Positions 51,579 through 62,202 of a DNA stretch of 64,000 nt are shown here, in pieces. The stretch comes from Patescibacteria group bacterium UBA6201 (GTDB lineage Bacteria > Patescibacteriota > Minisyncoccia > Phycocordibacterales > UBA918). The stretch's first letter is position 1, and each line of letters opens with the position of its first letter. The notes below the pieces were generated by a model. That model saw only the letters and a program-made list of their open reading frames with translations. It had not been told where the DNA came from and did not search any database. The position numbers were made by a program, and so were the translations under genes. Where the stretch lies: positions 290,948 to 354,947 of the forward strand of contig DISV01000005.1 in the NCBI GenBank assembly GCA_002422025.1, given 5' to 3'.

Positions 51579-53267
51579 TCCCCCACCACCACCCCCTGCG
51601 CCACCGCCCGAAGAACCTCCACCAGAAGAAGCTGAGACAGATGCTCCGGTAGAAGCTACTGACGAAGAAAATGTTCCCAAGCTGTTGGTCAAATAAAGCG
51701 CGGAGAAAGTAGAGCCATTCTTATCTTCGTACCAGGAAGGATTTGGGATAGTAATTCCTTCAAAAACTTTAGCCCATTCCTTCTCAACCTTAAAAGCAAT
51801 AGCATAGGGAAGATATTCCATGAATTGTTCCGGGCTTTTCTTCGGCGCATTATGGAAAGCAAAACGCTCCTTATCAGTGACCGAAAGAAATGTTTTGAAG
51901 CCTTTAAGGTAATCAAGAGCCTCATATCCCTTGCGTGTCCGGCGGCGGTAGAAGAAGGTCGCAATCACGGAACTCACCACAAAAGTAATTACGGCAATTG
52001 CAGTTGGCGTAACCATTTCTGCACCAACAATAAAGGTAGCGCCGAGCAACAACAGTAATGTAATAAGGAGAGAGGACGACAACTTAAGTGGCATTTTCCA
52101 CTTATGCTCAAAGAAACCTTGCAGAATTAAATCTGACTCGGCCGCAGACTTTAACTCTGTTAGTAATTTGTGGTTTTTTGTCACCTTACTTGTATCCTTA
52201 GCAATCTCACTTAACACGATAGTACTACCCACTGTCGCATCTTCAGCAAACAGTAAGGTAAATATTTTCTTTTGTAACTCAGTCGGAAGCTCCTCGTAGG
52301 GACGCAAAAGGGTTATCTCGTAATCATCAGTCTCTATAAAAAAGAACACCTTTCGGCCAATGTGTTTGATTTTCAGGAAACCTTGTTCAGCCAAGTAGAC
52401 AATACCAGCAGTGATATCGTGTGGGTCAATACGACCATCAAACAAGAGTCCGGTGTACATCGGCTTGAAATCTTCATATGGCTCATACTGCGCAATTATA
52501 GAAGCATCCGTTCTGTGTGCTACGTAGTACCTATATAAGAACCAAGTAAGCCAAATGAACCACAAGAATGCACCTATGAGCCACAATGGCCAAAGTGACA
52601 ACCGCTCCATAATTAATCTATCCACTAAGGTTGGATCAAGTGACAGAGCGACCGTTAGTCCCTCACCAGAATCAAGAGCCACTGGACCAAAATCAAACGC
52701 ACCCTTACCAAGTATCGAAGGACACTCGTCTGTCGAACCAGTAGGGCCGAAGTAACAGTGGTATTCGGACAAGACAAGACCTTCCTGGTCGTATACCCTC
52801 ACTAAAGCATTTTCGATTGGAACTTCCCAACCGTTACCAGTCGCATTCCAGTACAAATCCACCCCTCCCTGGTCGTAGTAAGTGAGACCACCTTCAACTG
52901 TGTAGTTAATGATATAAGTATGCTCACCACTAATGGTCTGGCTCGGGTCACCAATCTTTATTTCCAACTCTCCAATATTCTCGCTCCGCTCAAATATAGC
53001 AGTCTCACCATCTACTGACACCGAGAAGTTCACTATCTCCAGATACCGCTCTTTGAACCATTCCTCGCTTTCTTGAAAATGTTTTGTCGGTATAAAGCGA
53101 AATATTCCGTGTTTATCTTCAGACTCAAAATCGTAAACAATAGTTTCACTTACAGAGAAAGAACCATCACTTTCTAGAGTAATCTCTGAAATAAACGAAT
53201 GTATAGTCTCTGCCCTGACCGATATCGGTACTAGAATGAGGACCAATAACAGGATAAGTTTTTTCAT
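51570..53267 (-). CDS. DUF2207 family membrane protein
   Basis: HGIFRFIP, LYWNATGNGW, YLPYAIA, Gly-rich C-terminus GGGAGGGGGGSW. Confidence 0.92.
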   Translation of the reverse strand: MKKLILLLVLILVPISVRAETIHSFISEITLESDGSFSVSETIVYDFESEDKHGIFRFIPTKHFQESEEWFKERYLEIVNFSVSVDGETAIFERSENIGELEIKIGDPSQTISGEHTYIINYTVEGGLTYYDQGGVDLYWNATGNGWEVPIENALVRVYDQEGLVLSEYHCYFGPTGSTDECPSILGKGAFDFGPVALDSGEGLTVALSLDPTLVDRLIMERLSLWPLWLIGAFLWFIWLTWFLYRYYVAHRTDASIIAQYEPYEDFKPMYTGLLFDGRIDPHDITAGIVYLAEQGFLKIKHIGRKVFFFIETDDYEITLLRPYEELPTELQKKIFTLLFAEDATVGSTIVLSEIAKDTSKVTKNHKLLTELKSAAESDLILQGFFEHKWKMPLKLSSSLLITLLLLLGATFIVGAEMVTPTAIAVITFVVSSVIATFFYRRRTRKGYEALDYLKGFKTFLSVTDKERFAFHNAPKKSPEQFMEYLPYAIAFKVEKEWAKVFEGITIPNPSWYEDKNGSTFSALYLTNSLGTFSSSVASTGASVSASSGGGSSGGGAGGGGGGSW

Positions 53268-53359
53268 AACTTGCTACCTTGATGACTATTCATCAACAAA
53301 GCCACTTCTTCTAGGGCCGAGTCAAATATTGATCCGACCGTGTCAGCTTTCGTGGTGGA

Positions 53360-53947
53360 TTAGAATTGAACTTTCACTGGCTCTTTAGCTGCCTGTTCAT
53401 TTTCACCTAACTCAAAGTACTCACGTTCCTTGAAGTTGAACATACTACCAATTAAGTTTGATGGGAAAGATTGTAGCGCAATACCAAGGTCGCGTACGTT
53501 GCCGTTATAGAAACGACGTGCGGCTTGAATTTTGTTTTCAGTGTCAGTGAGTTCTCTTTGTAGTTCAATAAAGTTCTGGTTAGCCTTTAGATCAGGGTAA
53601 TTTTCAGCAATTGCCAAAAGTTTACCTAGTGAGTTAGTCAAAGCACCCTCAGCAGCAGCCATAGCCTGAATCTGCTCTGGAGTGATATTAGATGGGTCCA
53701 CGTGCACCGCGGTAGCCTTGGCACGCGCCTCGGTCACAGATTCAAGTGTACCTCGCTCGTGAGAAACATAACCTTTGACACTCTCAATTAAGTTTGGAAT
53801 AAGATCATAGCGACGCTTAAGTTGCACATCAATGTCCGCCCAAGCCTCCATAGCTCTTTGAGTGAGCGAAACGAAACGGTTGTATGCCCAAATAGCCCAA
53901 ACAACCACAACGGCCGCCACAATCAATAAAATAGTCATTAGTTCCAT
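53360..53947 (-). CDS. lemA: LemA family protein
   Basis: IDVQLKRRYDLIPNL, ENYPDLKAN, ENKIQAARRFYN. Confidence 0.96.
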   Translation of the reverse strand: MELMTILLIVAAVVVVWAIWAYNRFVSLTQRAMEAWADIDVQLKRRYDLIPNLIESVKGYVSHERGTLESVTEARAKATAVHVDPSNITPEQIQAMAAAEGALTNSLGKLLAIAENYPDLKANQNFIELQRELTDTENKIQAARRFYNGNVRDLGIALQSFPSNLIGSMFNFKEREYFELGENEQAAKEPVKVQF

Positions 53948-54046
53948 AACACAATGTGTATTAACTGATACACGAAAATTCTACCATAAGTTGACAGCCT
54001 CTGGAAATGTTATACTATTCGTCTCTGGATCAACAAGGAGGTTTTA

Positions 54047-54445
54047 ATGCCCTTAGTAGTGTATATAGGTGATGAGAAGGATGCTGAGAAATTAGCGACC
54101 GAACTCGGCCGAGGTGAATGCCAAGTGGGCTATTTCAGCACCAATCTGGAAAAAATGGACTGGCTCTTGTCTTTCGAGCCACCCGGCATCATGATCTGCG
54201 AATTGGATGCCGTAGAAAAGGCATTCCAGAATGACTCTGAAATCGCAGGGTACATCCAGGACGTCTCTCAAACAGATGTCCCTATCGTGCTTCTCGTGAA
54301 TGAAGGAGATTTTTCAAACACGACACCGCGCTTTACCGGTACCAGTAACGCTCGTATCAACCTTTGCATCAAAGGCGACGGGGACACAACCAGGCTCGTG
54401 AACCACGTTCATGCAGTACTTGGCCAGAAATGCCAAACGCATTAA
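54047..54445 (+). CDS. Hypothetical protein, possible degenerate receiver domain
   Basis: AAGGAGG RBS; LVVYIGDE / PGIMICEL / VPIVLLV / CIKG follow CheY-like strand spacing. Confidence 0.6.
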   Translation: MPLVVYIGDEKDAEKLATELGRGECQVGYFSTNLEKMDWLLSFEPPGIMICELDAVEKAFQNDSEIAGYIQDVSQTDVPIVLLVNEGDFSNTTPRFTGTSNARINLCIKGDGDTTRLVNHVHAVLGQKCQTH

Positions 54446-54448
54446 GAA

Positions 54449-54476
54449 CAGCCGGAGGCGCTAGCGCCTCCGGCTG
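54449..54476. terminator. Perfect 28-bp palindrome between convergent genes
   Basis: CAGCCGGAGGCGCTAGCGCCTCCGGCTG. Confidence 0.65.
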
Positions 54477-54540
54477 AATTTTTATTTGGACCAAGCCTTT
54501 TGAATCTAAGATCGTTACTGATAAGTTTTTATACAGTAGT

Positions 54541-54825
54541 TTACTTTGAACCCTCACCTTCACTATTCATCTTTAACGGACTAATCACAGGCTCATCAGA
54601 AAGCCCTAAGTCTCTAATCTCTTGGCCAGTTTTTTGCTCAATCTCCTGAATTTGTTTAGTCAGAGCACGAGCAAATGTCTTCGAGGCAGATAACGGTAAA
54701 GCAAACCTAAATTCTTCTTCGCCAGAACCAAAAGAAATGACATGCAGACCATTCAGTATGCGACAGTGAAAACTCTCTACCAAAACTTTCATCGGTCCCT
54801 TTCCTGGTCTAATAGGCTCATCCAT
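54541..54825 (-). CDS. Small hypothetical protein
   Basis: 94-aa ORF downstream of groEL. Confidence 0.65.
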   Translation of the reverse strand: MDEPIRPGKGPMKVLVESFHCRILNGLHVISFGSGEEEFRFALPLSASKTFARALTKQIQEIEQKTGQEIRDLGLSDEPVISPLKMNSEGEGSK

Positions 54826-54871
54826 AAATTAATTGTGATAGTTATTAGTTGTTTTAGTAGCCTTAGTAAGG

Positions 54872-54999
54872 TTAAAACTTTAAAATCGAATGCAGTTCTA
54901 CGAGTCGGAAAAAATTTTACGAAGGAGGCGTATAACGAAATACGATGACTGAGGAAAATTTTTGAAACCACAGAAATGCGTCGATTTTGGAGGTTTTAG
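54872..54999 (-). repeat. Stop-codon-anchored structured repeat after groEL
   Basis: Close match to 26331-26449. Confidence 0.85.
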
Positions 55000-56636
55000 T
55001 ACATTCCCCCCATATCTGGCATCATCGCTGGAGACTTAGAATCTTCAGGCTCATCAGCTACAGCGGCTTCGGTGGTCAACAATATTGCAGCTGCCGACAC
55101 CGCATGCTGCACACAAGCTCTCTCTACCTTAACTGGATCAATGATACCGGCCTTAATCATATCGTCGACAAACTCACCCTTGAAAGCGTCATAACCTGCA
55201 TTACCTTCAGAGCTCTTCACCTTATCAACAACCACCGCACCATCTATCTTGCCAGTATTGTCAGCAATCTGTCGTAGAGGTACCTCAAGGGCCTTCAATA
55301 CTATATTATAGCCAACCAGCTCCTCACGTCCTAGATCTTTCTTACCCAAAAGATTCTTCTCGACAACAGCAGCCGCGCGAGTGAGTGAAGTCCCTCCACC
55401 TGGAACAATTCCTTCCTCAATGGCGGCTTTAGTAGCGTTGACAGCGTCTTCTATCTTCAATTTTAGATACTTCATCTCCATCTCTGTTGCAGCACCAACA
55501 CGCAACACAGCCACTCCACCCCCAAGCTTAGCGATTCGTTCCTCTAACTTTTCCTTGTCATATTTAGAAGTAGTGTTCTCTAGCTGGCTCTTCAAGGCAG
55601 ACACTCGATTCTCAATTTCAGTCTTTTCGCCTGCGCCTCCAACAATAACAGTCTTGTCCTTTGTAGACATCACGCGGCTAGCCTTACCTAATTGAGAAAT
55701 TTCAGTATTTTCCAACTTCAATCCAAGTTCTTCAGTAATAACCTGACCACCCACCATAACGGCGATGTCATTTAATACCTCCTTCTTTCGGTCACCAAAG
55801 CCAGGAGCCTTGATAGCTAACACTGAGAATCCACCCTTTAATTTATTGATGACAAAAGTGGTGAGCGCCTCGCCGTCAATATCATCAGCGATAATAACGA
55901 GTTCCTTACGACCAGTTTGAGCGATTTTCTCAAGCAGTGGAAGAATCTCCTTTACTGAAGACACCTTTGCGTCCGTAATAAGAATTTGTGCATCCTTGTA
56001 CTCAGCCTCCATTCGTTCACCATTCGTTACCATATAAGGAGATACGTAACCCTTATCGAATTCCATACCTTCAGTAAACTCTGTTTCAATACCGAAAGAT
56101 TGACCTTCTTCCACAGTCACGACACCATCCTTACCGACCTTCTCTATAGTTTCAGCAATTTTTTCACCAATTTCAACATTCTCGGCAGAGATGGTAGCAA
56201 CTTGCTTGATTTCATCAGTCGACTTTATCTTAGTCGACATCGAGCGTAAGGCCTCCACCACATCTACAGCAGCATGCTCCATTCCGGTCCGCACAGCCAT
56301 TGAGTTTAGACCCATTGAAGTTTGACGTAGACCTTCATTGACCAAAGCTTGCATCAACACGGTCGCAGTAGTCGTACCATCTCCAGCTAGTTCATTGGTC
56401 TTGTTTGCTACCTCTTTCACCATCTCAGCACCCATATTCTCAAACTTGTCCTTAAGGGTGATTTCCTTAGCGATAGAAACGCCATCGTTGGTAATGGTTG
56501 GTCCTCCATAACCCTTATCGAGAATTACATTCCGTCCTCGCGGACCAAGAGTAACCTTTACAGCATTAGCTACAGTATCAACACCTTTTTTCAACTTCTT
56601 CTTTACTTCTTCATCAAAAATTACTTGTTTGGCCAT
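54996..56636 (-). CDS. groL: Chaperonin GroEL
   Basis: [26 protein letters not shown]-terminal MGGMY. Confidence 0.99.
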   Translation of the reverse strand: MAKQVIFDEEVKKKLKKGVDTVANAVKVTLGPRGRNVILDKGYGGPTITNDGVSIAKEITLKDKFENMGAEMVKEVANKTNELAGDGTTTATVLMQALVNEGLRQTSMGLNSMAVRTGMEHAAVDVVEALRSMSTKIKSTDEIKQVATISAENVEIGEKIAETIEKVGKDGVVTVEEGQSFGIETEFTEGMEFDKGYVSPYMVTNGERMEAEYKDAQILITDAKVSSVKEILPLLEKIAQTGRKELVIIADDIDGEALTTFVINKLKGGFSVLAIKAPGFGDRKKEVLNDIAVMVGGQVITEELGLKLENTEISQLGKASRVMSTKDKTVIVGGAGEKTEIENRVSALKSQLENTTSKYDKEKLEERIAKLGGGVAVLRVGAATEMEMKYLKLKIEDAVNATKAAIEEGIVPGGGTSLTRAAAVVEKNLLGKKDLGREELVGYNIVLKALEVPLRQIADNTGKIDGAVVVDKVKSSEGNAGYDAFKGEFVDDMIKAGIIDPVKVERACVQHAVSAAAILLTTEAAVADEPEDSKSPAMMPDMGGMY

Positions 56637-56639
56637 AAA

Positions 56640-56716
56640 TTAGCGCTTAGTTATTAGCTCTTGGCACTTAGTTTAGAAACGAGCCCTAAGGACTAAGTAC
56701 TACGAGCTATGTGCTA
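56640..56716. repeat. Inverted 7-nt tandem arrays forming an intergenic hairpin
   Basis: TAGCGCT TAGTTAT TAGCTCT TGGCACT TAGTTTA ... AGCCCTA AGGACTA AGTACTA CGAGCTA TGTGCTA. Confidence 0.75.
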
Positions 56717-57022
56717 GTTAATAATCGCGAGTATGTCACCCTCTGACAATATCCAATATTCCTTCTCATCAAGCTTGGTTGGGTCACCCCAGGTACGAAA
56801 TATTACCTTGTCTCCTTCCTTAACTTCCATAGGAATTCTCTTTTCTCCATCCTCATCCCATTTTCCAACACCAACCGCCACCACAATTCCTTGCTCTGGC
56901 TTATCTTTCTTTGCAGTATCCGGAATAATAATGCCTGAAGCGGACACATTTCCCGCCTCTTCATCACTCAGTGAACGAACCACGACGCGATCTGCGAGGG
57001 GCTTTATATTGATCTCTGACAT
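56714..57022 (-). CDS. groS: Co-chaperonin GroES
   Basis: IKPLADRVVV, SGIIIPDTAK, VAVG.G, DILAII; start MSEINIK. Confidence 0.97.
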   Translation of the reverse strand: MSEINIKPLADRVVVRSLSDEEAGNVSASGIIIPDTAKKDKPEQGIVVAVGVGKWDEDGEKRIPMEVKEGDKVIFRTWGDPTKLDEKEYWILSEGDILAIIN

Positions 57023-57247
57023 AGACAAAAAAGCTAAATTAATTAAACAACTTCGGATTAGACCACTCCCTACTAACCATTGGACACTTATCTCGAAATC
57101 TCGAAATCTGCTCCTTTCAATCACGTTAATCGGGGTCGGTCTTAGAGTAACATTTTCGTGACAGATAACCCAATTATCCGAAAGTTGCGGTGATTATAAT
57201 AATTAGACTTTGCGTTTTCAAGTCTACATGCTATCATCTTCCGTGAC

Positions 57248-57490
57248 ATGGAATTCGTCAGATCAGTCGTGATTCCGATACTGCCCTACATACAGATAGT
57301 CCTCTCCATTCTCTTGGTAGCAGCAATCTTGCTCCAACAGAGAGGTTCTAGTCTTGGTGGCGCCTTCGGAGGTGATAACTTTAGTGCAGCCTTTCACAAA
57401 CGTCGTGGTGGGGAGCTTTTCCTATTTCGCCTTTCAATCATACTAGCAGTTTTGTTTGTACTCTCTGCTTTGATTCACATCATTGTCTAA
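57248..57490 (+). CDS. secG: Preprotein translocase subunit SecG
   Basis: ILLQQRGSSLGGAFGG, RRGGE, two TMs. Confidence 0.92.
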   Translation: MEFVRSVVIPILPYIQIVLSILLVAAILLQQRGSSLGGAFGGDNFSAAFHKRRGGELFLFRLSIILAVLFVLSALIHIIV

Positions 57491-57549
57491 ATCAACTAAC
57501 CGCCAACTGACTTCGCGGTTCCACGCTTTTAAAAGCCTATAATTATTGT

Positions 57550-59295
57550 ATGAACTTACGCTCTCCGAAACTCTTCGGAACTTCCCTTTTTGACAAATTC
57601 TTTTCCTACCTAGACTCACTACAACCAGTGGACCGTATTATTTTTGGTACCTTATTGCTGATTTTCTTCGTTGCTACAACATATAATTTTTATGTTTTTG
57701 CCAGCGGATTTCTAGTAAAAGTACCAGTATCTGGTGGGACCTTAGTGGAAGGCACTGTTGGAAGTCCGCGTTTTATCAATCCAGTCTTAGCTATTACACG
57801 GGCTGATAACGACCTAGTTGCATTAACCCATAGTGGTCTTCTTCGTCTTGGAGAGGACGGCGTACTAGAAAACGATTTAGCTGAAAGTATTACTGTCTCT
57901 GAAGATGGTCTGGTCTATAACATCATCATGCATAATGACCGTTATTTCCACGATGGTGTCAAAGTCACAGCCGATGACGTAGCATTCACTATAGGCCTAA
58001 TTCAGAAGGCGTCTTTAAAATCACCCTTACGGGGAAACTGGAGCGGTGTAACTGTTGAAGTAATAAACAGTCAGGAACTTAATCTAGTATTAGAAAATCC
58101 ATACACCCCCTTTCGAGAGAATCTAACTCTAGGAATCCTACCTAAACACATCTGGCAAACTTTGAGTGACGAGGAATTTCCTTTTAGTCAACATAATGTT
58201 GAGCCAATTGCGAGTGGACCTTACAAAATCTCCGCCATCGCTCGTAATTCGGCAGGTTTAGCTTCAGAATATCAACTTGAACTTTCTGAAGGTTATCGCC
58301 AGGAGGGTCATATTGAAAATATTACCTTTCGCTTTTATCAAAACGAAGAAGAAATTATTGCCGCTTTAAACGCTGGCGAAATAACTAGTGCAGCCTCACT
58401 TAGTGAACGTTGGCTCACAGAGTTGGACCGAGAAAAATTTAACTTTATTTCCGAACCACTACCGCGCGTTTTCTCTATTTTCTTTAATCAAAATCGTAAC
58501 CCCGTTTTGCGAGATGAATCAGCAAGAAAGGCACTGAATTTAGCCATCGATCGCGACGAACTCGTCTCACGTGCTGTCAGTGGTTTTGGGAAACCAACAG
58601 ACACACCAATACCAGCCGGCTGGGTAGAATTAGAGACTGAAGAAAAACCACACAAGACAAAGGAAGAAAGGATGGCTGAGGCGGCACAGGCACTGTCAGA
58701 TGGAGGTTGGGTACAAAACCAAAACGGCCGTTGGGAAAAAGAGATCGATGGTGCTTCTATGCCATTAGTTATAACAGTACGTTCCGCTAACGGTATACTA
58801 TTTGAAAGAATGGCTAGTTATCTAAGTGAGACCTGGCAATCATTAGGTGCTGAAGTGACCTTTGAATTTTACGAACAGAGCGACCTAGTACAAACAATCA
58901 TTCGTCCCCGCGATTACCAGGCACTTTTATTCGGGATGGATATCGGACGTTCTCTCGACCTCTATCCTTTCTGGCACTCAGCCAGTCGGGAAGATCCAGG
59001 ACTAAACGTCTCACTATATGCAAACATTACTGTAGATAGGCTTGTGAACGAAATGCGTATTGCTACATCGACAGAGGCACGAGATGGGATTATCCAAAAG
59101 TTTGTAACTGAGATAGAGAGTGAACAACCAGCCATCTTTCTTTTTACTCCCTCATTTGAGTACGTCACCACCAAGAACATAATCGTTGCGCCAATGAAAA
59201 AAATTCAGAAGCCAAGCGAACGATTCAGTAATGTGAGAGACTGGTACATAAATCAAAGTGGTGTTTGGCCAATATTTGTAAAAAATAATAATTAA
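57550..59295 (+). CDS. ABC transporter substrate-binding protein, family 5
   Basis: GGTLVEG..GSPRFINP, DLAES, FHDGVKVTADDVAFT, GPYK, AIDRDEL. Confidence 0.9.
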   Translation: MNLRSPKLFGTSLFDKFFSYLDSLQPVDRIIFGTLLLIFFVATTYNFYVFASGFLVKVPVSGGTLVEGTVGSPRFINPVLAITRADNDLVALTHSGLLRLGEDGVLENDLAESITVSEDGLVYNIIMHNDRYFHDGVKVTADDVAFTIGLIQKASLKSPLRGNWSGVTVEVINSQELNLVLENPYTPFRENLTLGILPKHIWQTLSDEEFPFSQHNVEPIASGPYKISAIARNSAGLASEYQLELSEGYRQEGHIENITFRFYQNEEEIIAALNAGEITSAASLSERWLTELDREKFNFISEPLPRVFSIFFNQNRNPVLRDESARKALNLAIDRDELVSRAVSGFGKPTDTPIPAGWVELETEEKPHKTKEERMAEAAQALSDGGWVQNQNGRWEKEIDGASMPLVITVRSANGILFERMASYLSETWQSLGAEVTFEFYEQSDLVQTIIRPRDYQALLFGMDIGRSLDLYPFWHSASREDPGLNVSLYANITVDRLVNEMRIATSTEARDGIIQKFVTEIESEQPAIFLFTPSFEYVTTKNIIVAPMKKIQKPSERFSNVRDWYINQSGVWPIFVKNNN

Positions 59296-59313
59296 AAAAT
59301 TAACAATAATAAT

Positions 59314-61353
59314 ATGAACGATACTAATACCAATAACACTGGGTCTACGAATGCTGGGGGCCGACGCCGAAGCTTTGCTTACCGAGGGAGAAACCAACAC
59401 GGTTCTGCCCCACGCAGTTCCCGTCCACAAGCCACCAGAGGAGCTACTGCACACAGTAGCAATGCAGTTCAGGGCACTGGACCTAAACCTACCGGAGGCA
59501 GCAGGTTAGGTGGCTCAAACCGTGGTGGCTCAAATCGCCCTGGCGAAAGAGGTGGTTCTGCTCGCAAGTCATCACCTCGCTTTAACAACAAGCGCCGTTC
59601 AACAAAAGCTCCAGCTCTACAACACCGCATCAGCACCACTGATGAACGTTCTCCTAAACTGCCAGAGATATTAGATGACGACACTGTTCGCATCATTCCG
59701 ATTTCTGGAGTAGAAGAAATCGGTCGAAATATGACTGTCATTGAGACTAAAGACGATTTGATTATCTTCGACATCGGTTTCCAGTTCGTGTCTGAAGAAT
59801 CAAACGCTCCCGGTATCAACTACATATTGCCTAACACGCAATATGTAGAAGAAAGAAAGCACAAGATTCGAGGACTTGTAGTGACTCACGGCCACCTTGA
59901 CCACATCGGTGGTATTCCTTTTGTAATGGAGCGTATCGGTAACCCACCAATCTACACTCAATACCTGACTTCATTAATGATCAAAAAGCGACAAGAGGAG
60001 TTTCCTCACCTTGATCCAGTGGACATTCATGTCGTCAAAGAAGGAGATTCTTTCACACTTGGAAAAATTAAGATTAAGACCTTCCCGGTTACCCACTCTA
60101 TACCTGACGCCATGGGTGTGTCTGTAGAGACTAAACACGGAGATATCGTACTCACGGGTGACATCCGTCTTACTCAAGAGAGCAACGGAGAAGTAGCTGA
60201 TGATGAGAAGGCAGACTGGGAGAAGGTCGGACAAAACAAGAATCTTGCTCTTATTTGCGACTCAACTAATGCTGACAAAGAGGGTTTTTCAGCTCCTGAA
60301 GCAGAGGTATTAAATACTCTCGAGAGTATTATTAAAAATTCTACTGGCCGATTAATTGTAGGTACTTTTGCCTCACAATTTGAGCGTCTCACTGCCATCA
60401 TTAAATCCTGTGAGAAGTACGGCAAAAAAGTAGTACTTGAGGGACGTAGTATAAAAACCAACATCGACATAGCGCGCACCGCTAAGTTAATGGAGGTAGA
60501 CGATAAGACATTTATAAACGCTCAGGATATGGGAGATTACCCATCTGACCGGATTGTAATCCTTTCAACCGGTGCTCAAGGAGAAGAGTTTGCCGCCTTG
60601 ATGCGCATGGCAACCGATAAGCACAAATCTATCACTCTTAATGAGCGTGACACACTCGTACTTTCTTCTTCAGTAATTCCAGGAAATGAGATTGCAGTTC
60701 AGAAGCTTAAGGACAATATTTATCGCAAGAACGTACGAGTTATCAATTATCGCACTACAGCTGTTCACTCCTCAGGACACGGTAATGCTGGTGAATTGAC
60801 CTGGGTCCGCCAAACAGTCAAGCCAAAGTTCTTGATTCCGGTACATGGTCACCACTATCACTTAAAGAGTCATATGTACTCAGCGATTGAGAATGGTTTT
60901 CCTCGTGAAAACATTGTGGTGCCAGACAATGGTTCTTTGATTGATATCAAGAACGGTACTGAAATAATTGTACACAAAGAAAAGGCGCCGACTGAATTAG
61001 TGATGGTGGACGGCTTTACCGTTGGTACTAAACAGGAAGTTGTATTACGTGATCGTCAAAGCTTGTCTGAAGACGGAATGTTTGTCATTATCGCTACAGT
61101 TAACACCAAGACTGGAAAATTACGTAAGTCCCCTGACATTATTTCTCGTGGCTTCGTCTATCTTCGAGAAAACCAACAGCTTTTATCTGAAGCTCGTACA
61201 CTTATTAAGCGCACCGTGGAGAAACACACCGAGAAGATGAATCCAGTTGATCTCGACTACGTCAAAGACGAACTCTCAAAGACTGTCAGCGGATTCTTGA
61301 TGCAGAGAACCAACAAGACACCGATGGTGATACCAGTATTAATCGGTATCTAA
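59314..61353 (+). CDS. rnj: Ribonuclease J with long disordered N-terminal extension
   Basis: GVEEIGRNM, THGHLDHIGG, HSIPD, DSTNA, HSSGH, PVHG. Confidence 0.96.
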   Translation: MNDTNTNNTGSTNAGGRRRSFAYRGRNQHGSAPRSSRPQATRGATAHSSNAVQGTGPKPTGGSRLGGSNRGGSNRPGERGGSARKSSPRFNNKRRSTKAPALQHRISTTDERSPKLPEILDDDTVRIIPISGVEEIGRNMTVIETKDDLIIFDIGFQFVSEESNAPGINYILPNTQYVEERKHKIRGLVVTHGHLDHIGGIPFVMERIGNPPIYTQYLTSLMIKKRQEEFPHLDPVDIHVVKEGDSFTLGKIKIKTFPVTHSIPDAMGVSVETKHGDIVLTGDIRLTQESNGEVADDEKADWEKVGQNKNLALICDSTNADKEGFSAPEAEVLNTLESIIKNSTGRLIVGTFASQFERLTAIIKSCEKYGKKVVLEGRSIKTNIDIARTAKLMEVDDKTFINAQDMGDYPSDRIVILSTGAQGEEFAALMRMATDKHKSITLNERDTLVLSSSVIPGNEIAVQKLKDNIYRKNVRVINYRTTAVHSSGHGNAGELTWVRQTVKPKFLIPVHGHHYHLKSHMYSAIENGFPRENIVVPDNGSLIDIKNGTEIIVHKEKAPTELVMVDGFTVGTKQEVVLRDRQSLSEDGMFVIIATVNTKTGKLRKSPDIISRGFVYLRENQQLLSEARTLIKRTVEKHTEKMNPVDLDYVKDELSKTVSGFLMQRTNKTPMVIPVLIGI

Positions 61354-61390
61354 AAAAATATTCTATTTTAAAAGAATGATACAAGGACAA

Positions 61391-61424
61391 GAAAAAGGCC
61401 GGCGCAAGAGCGCCGGCCTTTTTC
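61391..61424. terminator. Bidirectional terminator
   Basis: GAAAAAGGCCGGCGC-AAGA-GCGCCGGCCTTTTTC. Confidence 0.85.
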
Positions 61425-61430
61425 GTTAAA

Positions 61431-62066
61431 CTATTTCCCCCCTTTCAAATACCCGCGTAACATCAAAGGCAACAAACTTCCAAATACCATCACTACACCT
61501 CCCGTCATCAGTACCCATTGATAACCAAACTTCTCAGCGGCGAAGCCTCCAACAGCGAGAAATAAGCCAATACCGAATGAGTAAAGCATTTGATAAACTC
61601 CGACCGTCTGTCCAAGCTGTCCTTTTTCAATGTTGCTATAGAAAAGTATTCTCCATGAAGCGTAATTCATAACGGCGATAATACCGAGGAAAAACATTGC
61701 TGTATACAGCTGCCAAATCTGCGTTGAAAAACTAAGTAGTATGTATACAAAACCGGCAGCCATAGAGGCTAACGAGAGACCATATACTTCGTCTATGAAA
61801 CCCTTGTGCTTATCGAACCATCTACCAATCGGCACAGAAGCCATAGCACCCACCACACGATGAATCATTAAGGCGATACCGACATTCAATACTGTTGCAC
61901 CCTCAATTGAAGAAACAACAAAGAGTGCTAAGGCTACAGAAATGAAGGCATCAGCACCCCACACAGTAACGTCATTGGCGGTTAATATCTTGATGATGCT
62001 GGTACGCTTACCAACCGCGCTTAGGGCGGAACCAGCAATATTTAATTCATTTTTTTCTATTTCCAT
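61431..62066 (-). CDS. Half-size (6-TM) MFS-like transporter
   Basis: PIGRWFDK (motif A-like), QIWQLY..FFLG, GGFAAEKFGY. Confidence 0.75.
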   Translation of the reverse strand: MEIEKNELNIAGSALSAVGKRTSIIKILTANDVTVWGADAFISVALALFVVSSIEGATVLNVGIALMIHRVVGAMASVPIGRWFDKHKGFIDEVYGLSLASMAAGFVYILLSFSTQIWQLYTAMFFLGIIAVMNYASWRILFYSNIEKGQLGQTVGVYQMLYSFGIGLFLAVGGFAAEKFGYQWVLMTGGVVMVFGSLLPLMLRGYLKGGK

Positions 62067-62202
62067 ATTTTATTCCAGTTTTTAGTTTTAAGATTAAATT
62101 ACTAAAATATTTCCAAGTGAGGTGCAGATGCGCACCATAAGGGTATTTCTATTTTATAGTCGCTATCGCTCCTTGAAAATTGGTCACTAGTTTAAATAAA
62201 AT

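Noticed and set aside
54789-54971. Similar small ORFs at 54789-54971 and 26288-26557 as a peptide family
   Set aside because: The similarity comes from the non-coding repeat; starts and lengths are inconsistent
57023-57247. CIRCE/HrcA operator upstream of groES
   Set aside because: Only a weak half-site (GAGTGGTCTAA); no TTAGCACTC-N9-GAGTGCTAA
62100-62202. Fourth copy of the stop-anchored repeat
   Set aside because: Lacks the TAAAAC...GTTTCAAAA signature; only short local hairpins
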